Under the pieces are notes generated by a model. That model worked only from the letters and a program-made list of their open reading frames with translations, did no database searches and was not told where the DNA came from. The translations under genes and the position numbers were made by a program. Shown here piece after piece: positions 26,693 through 37,680 of a DNA stretch of 64,000 bases. Within the stretch, counting starts at the first letter, position 1; every line of letters starts with the position of its first letter. The stretch spans positions 6,895-70,894 of IMG/VR virus record IMGVR_UViG_3300032132_000248; one strand, written 5' to 3'. The DNA is from a virus.

Positions 26693-28084
26693 TTAATAAA
26701 TAGGAGTTTCATCAACGAGTTCATAAAAAATGTCCAGAAAAAACTTTCTAATATCTATCTTTTTAAACTGTTCTTGATTGTATTTAATTGTAGGAATTGA
26801 TTCTAAATATAATTGATGTTTTTCATCTTCACTCAAAGAACAAATTCTTTCCACTTCTTTAACTAAATGTTTATGTCTTGTAACATTATCCTCTATCTCA
26901 TCATAAGATTCATCAAATATATTTGGAAAAGTTTTAAATCCAAATGAATGAAGTATATCTAAACTTCCTGCACCTGCAACAAGTAAAAATGGATTTAATA
27001 AAATTGTTTTTACTGGTGAGCTAGTTAGTCTTGTAATCTCAAAATTTGTTTCATTACATATTGCAAAATATGTTTGATTATGATGACTTTTTTTTGGATT
27101 TGAATCACCTATTTCAGATACAACGTGTATATCTTTTCCATCCCATATACGTCCAACTTGTGCATCTGGATATGGATTATTCCAATCTCCCACATCAAGA
27201 TATATAGGTAATTTATCCAAAAGTTTACACTCCTCTACACTTCTCACTATTTCACCGTTTGCACCCCATTCTTTATCTGCAATAACTACTTCTTTCATTA
27301 AATCTTCTTTAGAATATTCATATCTATTTAAAGCAGAAAATAAAATTTTACTATCCAATCCCCTATTAAAAATTTCTGATAATAACCACATTTTATGGGA
27401 CATAAGGGAACCATTATAATTTAAAAAAGTGTATGGTCTTTTTTCTAATAATTCAGTACTATCTAAATCAAGTAACCATTTTCTATAGTCCACCAAATCT
27501 CCTTCATAATCATCATTTATTAATTTATCTACTTCCATAGATTGATAACCAAAATCTTTATCATTTAATTGAAATCTCATTGTTCGTACAAATAATTCCC
27601 AGGGAAAATGAACAGTAATATTTGGTTCAGAATTATCCATTCCACCAGATAACCATTTAATTCTTTTTGAATTATAACCCAACTCTTCGAATTGTTTACC
27701 TGCCACGTGGGCAAAATTATTACGTATATGCTCTATCCTTCTATCAATTACAATTGTCAATGTATCATCATTCCAAGTTTGTTCTTTTGGTGGGAATATG
27801 TCTTCAAGAAATTGTCCCATAGTTGGTTCATTAATATGTGACATCAAATCATTGGATGGTACAAACCAAAGATGATATTTAAAATTTGGATTAACACGAG
27901 CATTGATCATTCCATAATGATCCGGAGCGATAAGATTATTCCATGGGTCGTACCCATGTTGTCTATTTGTAATCTTAAACTCTTTAAAACCACTTGTTTG
28001 AATAGAATACTTTTGTATTTGACTCATGCATGTATCACATCTTGATATAAAAGGAAACTCTTCATTACCCATCTTCATCGACAT
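26693..28084 (-). CDS. Putative GT10-like glycosyltransferase (family A, divergent)
   Basis: YFAICNET...NPFLLVAG...GFKTFPNIFDESYD; lacks the TEK motif. Confidence 0.45.
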   Translation of the reverse strand: MSMKMGNEEFPFISRCDTCMSQIQKYSIQTSGFKEFKITNRQHGYDPWNNLIAPDHYGMINARVNPNFKYHLWFVPSNDLMSHINEPTMGQFLEDIFPPKEQTWNDDTLTIVIDRRIEHIRNNFAHVAGKQFEELGYNSKRIKWLSGGMDNSEPNITVHFPWELFVRTMRFQLNDKDFGYQSMEVDKLINDDYEGDLVDYRKWLLDLDSTELLEKRPYTFLNYNGSLMSHKMWLLSEIFNRGLDSKILFSALNRYEYSKEDLMKEVVIADKEWGANGEIVRSVEECKLLDKLPIYLDVGDWNNPYPDAQVGRIWDGKDIHVVSEIGDSNPKKSHHNQTYFAICNETNFEITRLTSSPVKTILLNPFLLVAGAGSLDILHSFGFKTFPNIFDESYDEIEDNVTRHKHLVKEVERICSLSEDEKHQLYLESIPTIKYNQEQFKKIDIRKFFLDIFYELVDETPIY

Positions 28085-28093
28085 TTTATAAAA

Positions 28094-29047
28094 TCACCCA
28101 TTATATTTCTCATACCATTCTACAGTTTCTTTTATACCTTGTTCAAATGTATATTTAGGTTTAAACCCTAATTCCTTTGTAATTCTATCTGTATTAAAAC
28201 TTCTAAAAGGAATAGTTGTTGGTTTTGTATTATCCCATTCAACATTAGGATTTTTACCTGTTACCTTTAAAATTGTATCAACTATCTGACCTATGTTTAT
28301 AGTTGAACCATAACCAAGATTGTATGGTCGCATAGATTCACCTTTTTCTAATACCAATAATGCACCATTTACAACATCCTTTACATAGAGAAAATCTCTA
28401 ACCACATCTGGACTTCCCCATACTACAAACGGATTCTCATCCTTTAAAACTCTATTAATAAGTGCTGGTATAACATGACAAGTTTTAGGATTAAAATTAT
28501 CATGTGGTCCAAACATAGCAGTTCCTCTACATATTAAAATTTTCATATCTGAAAAATGTGATAAATGTTCCATCATCTTTTCTCTATACCGTCTTGACCA
28601 TCCATAACCATAATAAGAAATATATGGTTCATCATCCCAATACTCATCTTCTGTAATTGGATGTTCTCTATTAGGATATCCAGTAGAACTATTAATATCT
28701 ACAAATCTTTTTACACCACTCTTATGACATGATTCTAATAAATTAGATACTAAAGTTACTTGATTAAGTGCTATCCTAAAATCAGTTGGAACTTCAGATG
28801 GATGACAGATTTTACCTGCTGAATGTATTACATAATCTGCTCCTTCTACAAGTTTCATACAATCATCAAACTTCTCTAAATCAATATTTTCCAATACCTC
28901 TATCCTATCATCAACTACATTCAAAGGTCTATTATGTGTATGTGTTCTAATTTTAGCACCACGATTTAAAAGTTCTTTTATGTAGTGTGTTCCAATCATC
29001 CCAGCACCACCAGTAATTACTATTTTTTTATCTTTAAACTGTCTCAC
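28094..29047 (-). CDS. NAD(P)-dependent epimerase/reductase, GDP-L-fucose synthase/ColC-like
   Basis: TGGAGMIG, FGPHDNF...HVIPALI, VWGS...RDFLYVKD. Confidence 0.8.
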   Translation of the reverse strand: MRQFKDKKIVITGGAGMIGTHYIKELLNRGAKIRTHTHNRPLNVVDDRIEVLENIDLEKFDDCMKLVEGADYVIHSAGKICHPSEVPTDFRIALNQVTLVSNLLESCHKSGVKRFVDINSSTGYPNREHPITEDEYWDDEPYISYYGYGWSRRYREKMMEHLSHFSDMKILICRGTAMFGPHDNFNPKTCHVIPALINRVLKDENPFVVWGSPDVVRDFLYVKDVVNGALLVLEKGESMRPYNLGYGSTINIGQIVDTILKVTGKNPNVEWDNTKPTTIPFRSFNTDRITKELGFKPKYTFEQGIKETVEWYEKYNG

Positions 29048-30333
29048 ACTTCCTTCTTTTTTAAATTAATTAATTCTGGAAAAACATTAAATAAATTTTG
29101 ATTTCTAACTTTATCTAATCTTTTCATATTTTCAAAATACAAAGGTAATTGTGATGATTCATCTTTATCATTCATATAAATTATATAATTATCAAGTTTC
29201 TTAAAAAATTCAAGATAATCATCAGAATTAAAATTACTCTCTACCCATTCTTTTAATTCACTAATATTCTTTTCTACTTTTTTCTTATATTCAATTGATA
29301 ATGAAGTAATACTTAAAAAGTCTGCTCCACCAACATCATTAAACGTCAATCTATTCGGAGTATCAACAATTTTTAACTCTAACATTTCTTTAAAAAAATC
29401 AGTCATATGTAATGAATTTGTATTTCCCCACACAGAAGTAATATCAAAATTTATGTCTGGACATTTCTCATCAAAAGCTTTTTTATTTTCAATAAATTTG
29501 TCCCACGATAATCCATGTCTTATATATTCACCTCTTTTATGACTACCATCTATACTAGCATTGACTGTGATCTCACTTCCGCCCTCACTTAATTTATTCC
29601 ACATATCTAAAACATTATGATCTTTATATTCTATAATACTAAAATTAGAAGTATACCATAAATTAGGATATTTTTCTAACTCTATTAGTCTTTCTAAAAT
29701 TCTATAATGATTTTCAGTTATTAATGGTTCACCACCAGCAAAATATATAAATTCGATGGGTCCATGTAATAATGGTTCTATTTTACTCCACAAATCATCA
29801 TCAGTTCCTGGAGTAATTACTTGTGGATCGTTTTCATTATACAACCACCAACCATCATATTGTAATTTTTTTGCATCTTCATGCCATGCAGAACTAAACT
29901 GATGATTACACATAATACACTTAAAATTACATAAATTACTAAATCTAATATCAAGATATTGTATATCTTTTAATGATTTTAATTCTCCATCTTTTTTTGT
30001 ATTCTTTAAAAGTTTATCTCTCTGTTCTTTTAACTTAAAACCATTATTTTTCCCCCAACGAACACTTTGATTTCCCAAACTTTCTTGATAATAACAAGTT
30101 TCACAGGCTGGATTCTCTATACCATTCATCATATTAACTCTAAGTTGTTTCATGAATTTACTATTTGTAGCTTCAAGAACACTATGATTACTTATACTGA
30201 GAGCTTTTGGTTCGTAGTTTCTATATACACTATGATTCGCAACACAACAAGGTCCTACCATTCCATCTGTATTAGTATACACATGATTCCATGGCAAAAT
30301 ACACATAGTATCTTTTTTATCTTTATTAGACAT
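29044..30333 (-). CDS. Radical SAM protein with N-terminal twitch/SPASM-like Cys cluster
   Basis: CILPW...PCC...CETC, CNFKCIMC, FAGGEP. Confidence 0.85.
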   Translation of the reverse strand: MSNKDKKDTMCILPWNHVYTNTDGMVGPCCVANHSVYRNYEPKALSISNHSVLEATNSKFMKQLRVNMMNGIENPACETCYYQESLGNQSVRWGKNNGFKLKEQRDKLLKNTKKDGELKSLKDIQYLDIRFSNLCNFKCIMCNHQFSSAWHEDAKKLQYDGWWLYNENDPQVITPGTDDDLWSKIEPLLHGPIEFIYFAGGEPLITENHYRILERLIELEKYPNLWYTSNFSIIEYKDHNVLDMWNKLSEGGSEITVNASIDGSHKRGEYIRHGLSWDKFIENKKAFDEKCPDINFDITSVWGNTNSLHMTDFFKEMLELKIVDTPNRLTFNDVGGADFLSITSLSIEYKKKVEKNISELKEWVESNFNSDDYLEFFKKLDNYIIYMNDKDESSQLPLYFENMKRLDKVRNQNLFNVFPELINLKKKEV

Positions 30334-31148
30334 TATATTTCTTCTATTATACCTCTATCAAATACTTGTTTATATAAATAATCTGCCCATAACTTTTGTC
30401 CTTCGGGTCCAATGTGTCCTTCATGAATAGGATATTTTGGTGGTGTAATAATATCTTCACGACAATAATGTCTATAAGTTGTATCTAAGATATAATTTTT
30501 AGTATTAAAATAATTACTATATTGTTTTATATATTCCAAATCTGCAGTGGGATCTTTAGATACAACGGGTTTTCCAACGTGCTGATAATTCCAATCATTA
30601 TTAAAAAATGCATCATAGTGAAATTGTAAATATTTTATATTTTGACTACTAAGAAACGAACTTAATCCGAATATATAAGGAAACAAATTAGTATAAGTAT
30701 AATAATTTAAAGCTTTTACATCAAAACCCCAGGAAGATCCTGAAGTCTCAAAGCCTGGAGAATAGATAGTATTTGAACCACGCGGTAAATTTGGTATATA
30801 TAATAATTTCTTATATTTTAAAATCTTATGAGTAGAGTCATCCGAATGAAATTCTCCTCTTAATGTTATAGCTCCTCTATCTGGATAAGTCCAACCAATA
30901 ATAAATAATGTATCTTTAACTTTATCTTTATTTTCCATTATCCACTGTATTACTTTCAAATACAAATTAATATTAGGTGCTCCATCTTCACCTAAATTAA
31001 TTTCTTCAAGATTCAATTTTTTTGATAATAAAGCACTATATCTATATATTTTCTTGACATTCACTCCACCTTCAGTATCATGACCTAAAGCTTCTACTAG
31101 TCCAGTGCCTACAGCATGACTACATCCACCAATAACTAAATACTTCAT
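30333..31148 (-). CDS. SGNH/GDSL-like hydrolase or acyltransferase (paralog family B)
   Basis: GGCSH, GAPN, IGWT..DR, GHIGPEG. Confidence 0.6.
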   Translation of the reverse strand: MKYLVIGGCSHAVGTGLVEALGHDTEGGVNVKKIYRYSALLSKKLNLEEINLGEDGAPNINLYLKVIQWIMENKDKVKDTLFIIGWTYPDRGAITLRGEFHSDDSTHKILKYKKLLYIPNLPRGSNTIYSPGFETSGSSWGFDVKALNYYTYTNLFPYIFGLSSFLSSQNIKYLQFHYDAFFNNDWNYQHVGKPVVSKDPTADLEYIKQYSNYFNTKNYILDTTYRHYCREDIITPPKYPIHEGHIGPEGQKLWADYLYKQVFDRGIIEEI

Positions 31149-31157
31149 AATCTTCTC

Positions 31158-32138
31158 CTATACTTTAAACGAATTATATCTAAAATTTAAATTTTCTTTT
31201 TTATTTTTATTTTCTAAATACCAAGATATAGTATCATCTATCCCATCATCTATATCAACTGTATTCTTAAATCCATAAGAATATGCACGTGACATATCTA
31301 ATATTCTCTTATGATCACCATTTGGTTTTGACTTATCAAATTCAATTCCACACTTAAAATGTGCCGCTATACTTGATGCTAACTTTGCAATACTAACACC
31401 CTCTCCACTAGCAAGATTTAATGGTTCAGTTATTTTATTTTCTACTGCAAAAATCATTCCTCTTGCAACATCTCGTGCATGAACAAAATCTCGAATTGGT
31501 GTTCCATCTCCCCACACACTTAAAGTTCCACCTTCTCCTGCCTCTTCTGCCTTTCTAATTAAAGATGGAATTACCATCGCTGTTTCTGCATCAAATTCAT
31601 CCCACCTTCCATAAGTATTTGCTGGTCTTACTATTGATATATTATCCCAACCATATTGAATTTTATAACCTTCAGCCTGTAATTCACCCATTCGTTTTGA
31701 CCAACCAGGTAATTTATCATTGTCTGATGGAAATGTTTTCCACACATCATCCTCTTTCATTATTTCTGCGGGACTATACACTCCTACAGAGCTAGTATAA
31801 AGAAACCAATTAGTACCACTTTGGTATGCAGCTTCCATCATGTTTGTATTAAACCTAATCATAGGTATAAAATAATTCAATGGTTTTATTCTTGGCATTT
31901 CTGCTGAACATTTTATTCCTGCTACGTGAAATATAAAATCCATCCCCTCACATACCATTTCACAATTCTTATAAATTGTTAAATCAACTTTATGAAATTC
32001 CACATTTTCGAAAAAATCTACTGATTCATCGAGTGAAGCAACTCTAATTTTTGCACCTTTATCTAAAAGAATCTGAACTAACTCTCTCCCTATCATTCCA
32101 GTTCCGCCAGTTACTAATACATTTTTATTTTCAAACAT
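31158..32138 (-). CDS. NAD(P)-dependent epimerase/reductase, GDP-L-fucose synthase-like
   Basis: TGGTGMIG, RPANTYG..D.F...VIPSLI, VWGDGTPIRDFVH. Confidence 0.8.
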   Translation of the reverse strand: MFENKNVLVTGGTGMIGRELVQILLDKGAKIRVASLDESVDFFENVEFHKVDLTIYKNCEMVCEGMDFIFHVAGIKCSAEMPRIKPLNYFIPMIRFNTNMMEAAYQSGTNWFLYTSSVGVYSPAEIMKEDDVWKTFPSDNDKLPGWSKRMGELQAEGYKIQYGWDNISIVRPANTYGRWDEFDAETAMVIPSLIRKAEEAGEGGTLSVWGDGTPIRDFVHARDVARGMIFAVENKITEPLNLASGEGVSIAKLASSIAAHFKCGIEFDKSKPNGDHKRILDMSRAYSYGFKNTVDIDDGIDDTISWYLENKNKKENLNFRYNSFKV

Positions 32139-32146
32139 TTTAACTC

Positions 32147-33112
32147 CTATAATTCTTGACCATATTTTATTGGAAATCCATTTCTAAATTTACTTAAATC
32201 GTTGTTAATTATTATTTGATATCCACTTATAAGTTCTTCTATTCCATCATCCAAAGAATATTTTGGTTTCCAACCACAAGATTCAATCTTTTCATTTGAA
32301 ACTATATAATCTCGTTTATCTGGATCTTCATAATAATCAGACTGATTTACAACAAAATCTGGTATATATTTTTTAATTCTTTCTGTAAGTTCTAATTTAC
32401 TTATATTAGTATCACTCAACCCAACATTAAATGCTTCACCTTTATGTGTTTCATAATGAACAATCATCCATTCAAAAGCTGAAGATACATCTTTAATATG
32501 AATATAATTTCTAATTGCTTTTGCTTGAAATAACGTAATATATCTATCTGTTAATGCCTTATATACAAACTCATTTACTAATAAATCTAATCTCATTCTT
32601 TCAGACATACCAAAAACCGTGGCCAATCTTAAAGTTATTGCTCTACCACTATCTAAAAGAAGATTTTCAGAATCACATTTGGTAACTCCATAATGACTTA
32701 TAGGAGTTAATTTTTGATCCTCTGTACATATACCTTCTGTCCTTTGGCCATACCCACTATTAGTATTTGGAAAGATAATTCTCTGAGATTTAGAAGTATT
32801 TTTTAAAATATTTTTAATTTGATAATAATTTATCGCGGTGGCTAATGATTTATCTCTATCACATGCCGGGAATCCAACTATTGCCGCTAAAGGTATAATA
32901 ACATCCGCCTTATTAACATAATTACTCAATTTAGTATAATCTCTAACATCTCCATACACAAATTTAAAATTTTTATTGTTAAACAAGCTTAATAATGATG
33001 TTTGATTGTATAATAAATTATCATATACAGTTACATGATGTCCTTTTTCTAATAAAGTAGAAACAATTACTGAACCTAGATATCCTGCACCGCCTGTTAT
33101 TAAAATTTTCAT
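32147..33112 (-). CDS. NAD-dependent sugar epimerase/dehydratase
   Basis: TGGAGYLG, LAAIVG, YGVTK, LRLATVFG. Confidence 0.85.
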   Translation of the reverse strand: MKILITGGAGYLGSVIVSTLLEKGHHVTVYDNLLYNQTSLLSLFNNKNFKFVYGDVRDYTKLSNYVNKADVIIPLAAIVGFPACDRDKSLATAINYYQIKNILKNTSKSQRIIFPNTNSGYGQRTEGICTEDQKLTPISHYGVTKCDSENLLLDSGRAITLRLATVFGMSERMRLDLLVNEFVYKALTDRYITLFQAKAIRNYIHIKDVSSAFEWMIVHYETHKGEAFNVGLSDTNISKLELTERIKKYIPDFVVNQSDYYEDPDKRDYIVSNEKIESCGWKPKYSLDDGIEELISGYQIIINNDLSKFRNGFPIKYGQEL

Positions 33113-33113
33113 C

Positions 33114-33728
33114 TTATTTACCAAATGAAATTAAAGATAATCTTGTTTCTTTTGCATAATCAGCAACATGACTAACAAAATGTGGAAATCTATATTTCTT
33201 ATGATTACTAAAAACTGCACGATTAAACTTTGGAAAGATTGGAATAACTGAATCACTATCATCTTCCAATCCTAAATATGTTATTCCGCCCCAATCCCAA
33301 ACCCATCTTTTATGAAAATAATACATACATCCAATATCACCTACCCAATCGTCCATATGTTGTCTGTAATGACACCCTTCATCCATCTTATAACATCTAA
33401 TATCAAACTTAGTTAATTCTGACTCTGATAATTTATTAAACACTTCAATAAAATGATTTTCAAATATTATTTCAATATTCTCATTGGATTCCAATTCCTC
33501 ATTTCTCCAAAATTTTGCAGTATATACTTCGTCTTCGGCCGGGAAAAATGGGGATCCTGTTTTACAATGACCATATTTACCACTTCCATATTTTTTATCC
33601 CTATATTGATCAATTAATTCCCAATTCTCATGTTCTGTAAATATATATTCTAGTTGATGGGCAATATCTACTGGTAAAAAGTCATCAACAATTACATATC
33701 CATTTTCTACAAACTTATCAAGTTTCAT
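33114..33728 (-). CDS. 2OG-Fe(II) oxygenase (prolyl hydroxylase-like)
   Basis: HMD, W...WGG, PKFNR, HFVSHV, RLSL. Confidence 0.75.
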   Translation of the reverse strand: MKLDKFVENGYVIVDDFLPVDIAHQLEYIFTEHENWELIDQYRDKKYGSGKYGHCKTGSPFFPAEDEVYTAKFWRNEELESNENIEIIFENHFIEVFNKLSESELTKFDIRCYKMDEGCHYRQHMDDWVGDIGCMYYFHKRWVWDWGGITYLGLEDDSDSVIPIFPKFNRAVFSNHKKYRFPHFVSHVADYAKETRLSLISFGK

Positions 33729-34890
33729 TACAAACTCCCGATATAAAATCAATATCTTCTAAATCTATAGACGGGTGGGTTGGAACAATAAAACCCCTTT
33801 CATAAATTCTATTAGCAACTTCTCCATTAAATTCACCGTATCTACTTGTCCAAAATTTATGTTTTCCAAGATTTCCATGTGACCAAACTCTTGTTTCAAT
33901 ACTATTTTTGTTACATTCTTCAATTACTGATTTTCGATGTTCATTTGATTCTGCCAATATCCCAATATGTAAACTAACTGGTGTAGTATTTTCACAATTT
34001 TGTAATTCAAATCTATCGTTTAACATTTGTGTATATCGTATATGATTTTTATTTCTTTTTGTAAATATTAATCTAGCCTTTTCTAATTGTCCTAATCCAA
34101 TATATGCCTGTAAATCTGTTGACCTTACATTAAAACCAGGTTCATTGAATATAAATGGGAAATTTTCATCATTTCTATATTCATCATTAACAACATCTTT
34201 TACCCAACCGTGTGATCTTAACTTTAACAATTCTTCATATAAAAACTTATCATCTGTATTAATAAACCCACCTTCTATTGTAGATAATTGATGTCCAAAA
34301 TAAAACGAAAAGGATGACATATCTCCAAGTGTTCCAACATAACTTTCATCATCGTACTTAGCACCTACAGATGCACAAGAATCTTCAAGAATATAACATC
34401 CGTATTTTTCTTTTAAATACAACAATTCTTTTCGTCTATGTGGGACACCAAGAACATGAACAAAAATAAAACCATCTATATCACCTCGTTTCAAATAATC
34501 TTCTACTATATTTAAATCAATATTATAATTACCATCTTCCGCGTCAACCATGATTGGTTCAATTCCAAATTGAATAAATGGACTTAATGTAGTAGCCCAT
34601 CCACAAGATGGAACTAAAAATTTATTATTTTTAAGTTTACCCGCATTTAATAGTGAATAAACCATTAATAAATTGGCAGACGAACCACTATTAAGATAAA
34701 CTGAATAATTAGTTCCAATAAAATCTGCCCACTTCCGTTCAAATTGCTTTGTAACTTTTCCCATAGTAAGTCTAGGATTTGTTCGTAACCAATTTATTAG
34801 TGAATCTATATCATTCTCATCTATAGTATCACTTGCAAGTGGATATTTCCATAATGATTGTCCTGTTAAATCTAACGATTTATTTTTCAT
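33718..34890 (-). CDS. colD: DegT/DnrJ family PLP enzyme, ColD/E1-type 3-dehydratase
   Basis: NSGSSANL, VHVLG, EDSC, SFSFYFGHQLSTIEGG with His replacing the catalytic Lys. Confidence 0.7.
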   Translation of the reverse strand: MKNKSLDLTGQSLWKYPLASDTIDENDIDSLINWLRTNPRLTMGKVTKQFERKWADFIGTNYSVYLNSGSSANLLMVYSLLNAGKLKNNKFLVPSCGWATTLSPFIQFGIEPIMVDAEDGNYNIDLNIVEDYLKRGDIDGFIFVHVLGVPHRRKELLYLKEKYGCYILEDSCASVGAKYDDESYVGTLGDMSSFSFYFGHQLSTIEGGFINTDDKFLYEELLKLRSHGWVKDVVNDEYRNDENFPFIFNEPGFNVRSTDLQAYIGLGQLEKARLIFTKRNKNHIRYTQMLNDRFELQNCENTTPVSLHIGILAESNEHRKSVIEECNKNSIETRVWSHGNLGKHKFWTSRYGEFNGEVANRIYERGFIVPTHPSIDLEDIDFISGVCNET

Positions 34891-35410
34891 TATAATAATC
34901 GCCCCACTCGATTAATAATGTAGAACAATCTGTATTATATGCATTTTCAAATTCTGGAAATATTTCTTCGGGTTCATTTAATAACACAACATTAACCTCG
35001 CGCAACATATGTTTAAAAGGCTCAGTATAATCATTTGTATGTTGAACTCCACCATTTAACGGACTTGTTGAACCAATAGAAGTTCTCATTATTACTTTGG
35101 GTTTAAAAGTATTCTCAGTCATATGTTGCATTTTATCCAAGTGATTTACTAATGCATCCATACATCTCATAAAAAAATCAAATCTTGGAAAACAACTAAT
35201 GGGAACTAAACCATTCATCGCCATACCTGTGCTCATTCCCATTTGTATTTCTTCAAATACAGGTAATTCAAGTCTTTTTTCTTCAGGTAATGTATTCAAT
35301 GTATTATAAATTGCATTACCACTATACAAAACTGATTGTCCCATGAAGATTGTATCATCTTTTTCAGATAACCACTCCATACTTCTTATTATTTCATCTT
35401 TATATTTCAC
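34880..35410 (-). CDS. TPP-dependent E1 beta/transketolase pyrimidine-binding domain (truncated)
   Basis: MGQSV, ELPVFEEIQMG...GMAM.G..P, GVQH. Confidence 0.75.
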   Translation of the reverse strand: MKYKDEIIRSMEWLSEKDDTIFMGQSVLYSGNAIYNTLNTLPEEKRLELPVFEEIQMGMSTGMAMNGLVPISCFPRFDFFMRCMDALVNHLDKMQHMTENTFKPKVIMRTSIGSTSPLNGGVQHTNDYTEPFKHMLREVNVVLLNEPEEIFPEFENAYNTDCSTLLIEWGDYYNEK

Positions 35411-36296
35411 TACAATACTCCTTAATTTTATCTTCTATGTATTCACCAAATAACTTATTTGCACCGTCACTTGGATGAGTTGTATCTATTCCATCACCCC
35501 ACCCTAATGGAATATCATTATAGATACTAAACTCTGCATTTCCACCCATTTCAATTTCTGAGTTTTCATAAAAAATAAACTTATCAAAATCTATCATATC
35601 CCAATAAATTTTTGACATTGGATAAACATCTTTCATCAATGGTTTATCACAAGACTTAAAATATATTTTATCCAATTCACATTGTCTAATTTCTTCTCCT
35701 ATTCGATGATGAAAAATATTCTGCCATACCGTAAAAAAATAATCTATATTTCTTTCTTTACAAAATCCCTGTAAAATTAAAATTTCTTTTAAAGTATTAA
35801 CAAACATACTTTCTTTTGAATAATATTTTTTATACCACTCCCTAATAAATTTTAAGTAATTATCACGGCCAGTATCTCTCTCTAATCCACCAGTTTTTAA
35901 AAACGCCTGATTTGGATATGGTATTTTATTTAATTCTTCTCTACTATGTCGTTCTTCTATACCACCATTATCATCTATAAACATTATTCTATCTACTCCA
36001 CCATAATCATATGCAGTATCTACAATTTGACTATATTCAATAATATCTTCTTTGTTTATAAGAATATCTGCACGATTATAATCAGTCAACATATTAACTA
36101 CTAAAATAGACTCTGGTTCAATACCTGATTGAATAAGTTTATTAATTTCTGTAATCAGTCTAAATATTATTTGAGTATTACCGCCACCTGGATTTGAAAG
36201 AAGAATCGAGTTCTCGCCCAAACTTTTATTAATCGGATTTAACCAAGCTGGTCTACCAAAACTACATCCAGATCCTATAGCGTATTTGTATTTCAT
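35400..36296 (-). CDS. SGNH-like protein (family B)
   Basis: GSGCSF, GGGN, THPS. Confidence 0.6.
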   Translation of the reverse strand: MKYKYAIGSGCSFGRPAWLNPINKSLGENSILLSNPGGGNTQIIFRLITEINKLIQSGIEPESILVVNMLTDYNRADILINKEDIIEYSQIVDTAYDYGGVDRIMFIDDNGGIEERHSREELNKIPYPNQAFLKTGGLERDTGRDNYLKFIREWYKKYYSKESMFVNTLKEILILQGFCKERNIDYFFTVWQNIFHHRIGEEIRQCELDKIYFKSCDKPLMKDVYPMSKIYWDMIDFDKFIFYENSEIEMGGNAEFSIYNDIPLGWGDGIDTTHPSDGANKLFGEYIEDKIKEYCSEI

Positions 36297-36883
36297 TAAA
36301 ATAAAACCCAATTTCCTGTTCCGTGATGTGGATAATCACTTTTATATTGATAATAAATTACATCATCAGGTACATCTTGTTTTCCACCCCAAGTTTCATC
36401 AACTGGGGTATTTGTAGAAAGATTATTATCTTCAAGAACAAATTGAAGTGGTAAATCAAAATTCTTTGCATATTTATATGATTCATGAAAAATACCACTT
36501 TCAAAAGTCATATCTCCAATGAAACACCACACTTTATTCTTCTCACCTTTCATCTTAATTGATTTTGCAACACCCAGTGCTATTGGTATAATACCACCAA
36601 CAATTGCAGATGAATAAAATTTAGGATTTTCTGAATATACACTCATACTCTTACCACGAACAATTAAATCCATAAGTGTATCTCTTGGAATACCATGTAG
36701 TAATGCGTGATAATGATTTCTCCAACTACTGAATACCCAATCATCTTTACCAACATCTTTGAATATTTCTATAAGTTGTTCTTCATTATTAGAACTTAAA
36801 TGAACTGGTGCTGTAATCTCACCTGCTTCATATCGTTCTTTGACTTCTGTTTCAAAATCTATTAAAAATTGTTTATCTATCAT
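36296..36883 (-). CDS. TPP-dependent dehydrogenase E1 alpha-like (truncated)
   Basis: VHLS..NE, WRNHYH, SAIVGG, FIGDMTFESG...EDN (TPP motif). Confidence 0.8.
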   Translation of the reverse strand: MIDKQFLIDFETEVKERYEAGEITAPVHLSSNNEEQLIEIFKDVGKDDWVFSSWRNHYHALLHGIPRDTLMDLIVRGKSMSVYSENPKFYSSAIVGGIIPIALGVAKSIKMKGEKNKVWCFIGDMTFESGIFHESYKYAKNFDLPLQFVLEDNNLSTNTPVDETWGGKQDVPDDVIYYQYKSDYPHHGTGNWVLF

Positions 36884-36909
36884 TTGTCTCTCCAATTTAA
36901 TCCAGACAT

Positions 36910-37680
36910 TTATAATTTTTCTTTTTTTAAAAATTTATATAATTCTTCTGACCACATCTCATGAGATTTTCTATTTGGGTGCCCATGTATATGTTCTTTT
37001 GCATCTTCAAAATCATCAAAAATAAATTTCATAAACTGTTCCATACTTTTATAATCTTCAGTCATAACTATATTATCAAAATCTAACTCTTTATATAATT
37101 TTGGGTGATCCTTACAAGGAGTAGATATTTTTCCCTCATTTTCATAATTCAAATCTTCATCTTCTCTAAAATGATGTCCAAAAGTATCAAAAAACAAATA
37201 ATTTAAATTATAAAATTTAAAAAATGATTGTAAATAAACCATATCTAATGTAGTTTTATATAACATCTTATTTATATCAAAATATTCTCTATGAAAATTA
37301 TTCCACCATTTATTTGGTAATCCATATTCAATATCACCATGTTCATAATCAAGACAATATGAAGCATAACATTTTTCCCAATCTTGTTTAAAATTACTCC
37401 ACCATTCCCACCTGTCTGATATTGTCCATCCAATTATAAATAAAGTTTCATTAATTTTATCTTTATTATCTACCACCCATTCTATTGTTGACCTTAATAT
37501 TCTCTCATTGGATGACCCATTTTCTGCTATATTAATAACTTCAATATTTAATTTTTCACCTAAAACTTCGGGCCATTGACCGCGTGGTTTTCTCTTGTGA
37601 GGAAAAGGGGGAAACACTTGATCCTCTTGTAAACCTTGTCCCCATGTCCAACTATCTCCGTTTGTAAATAAATATTTCAA
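36910..37680 (-). CDS. SGNH-like protein (family B)
   Basis: NGDSWTWG, GSSN.RI.R, IGWT..DR, GHPN. Confidence 0.65.
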   Translation of the reverse strand: MKYLFTNGDSWTWGQGLQEDQVFPPFPHKRKPRGQWPEVLGEKLNIEVINIAENGSSNERILRSTIEWVVDNKDKINETLFIIGWTISDRWEWWSNFKQDWEKCYASYCLDYEHGDIEYGLPNKWWNNFHREYFDINKMLYKTTLDMVYLQSFFKFYNLNYLFFDTFGHHFREDEDLNYENEGKISTPCKDHPKLYKELDFDNIVMTEDYKSMEQFMKFIFDDFEDAKEHIHGHPNRKSHEMWSEELYKFLKKEKL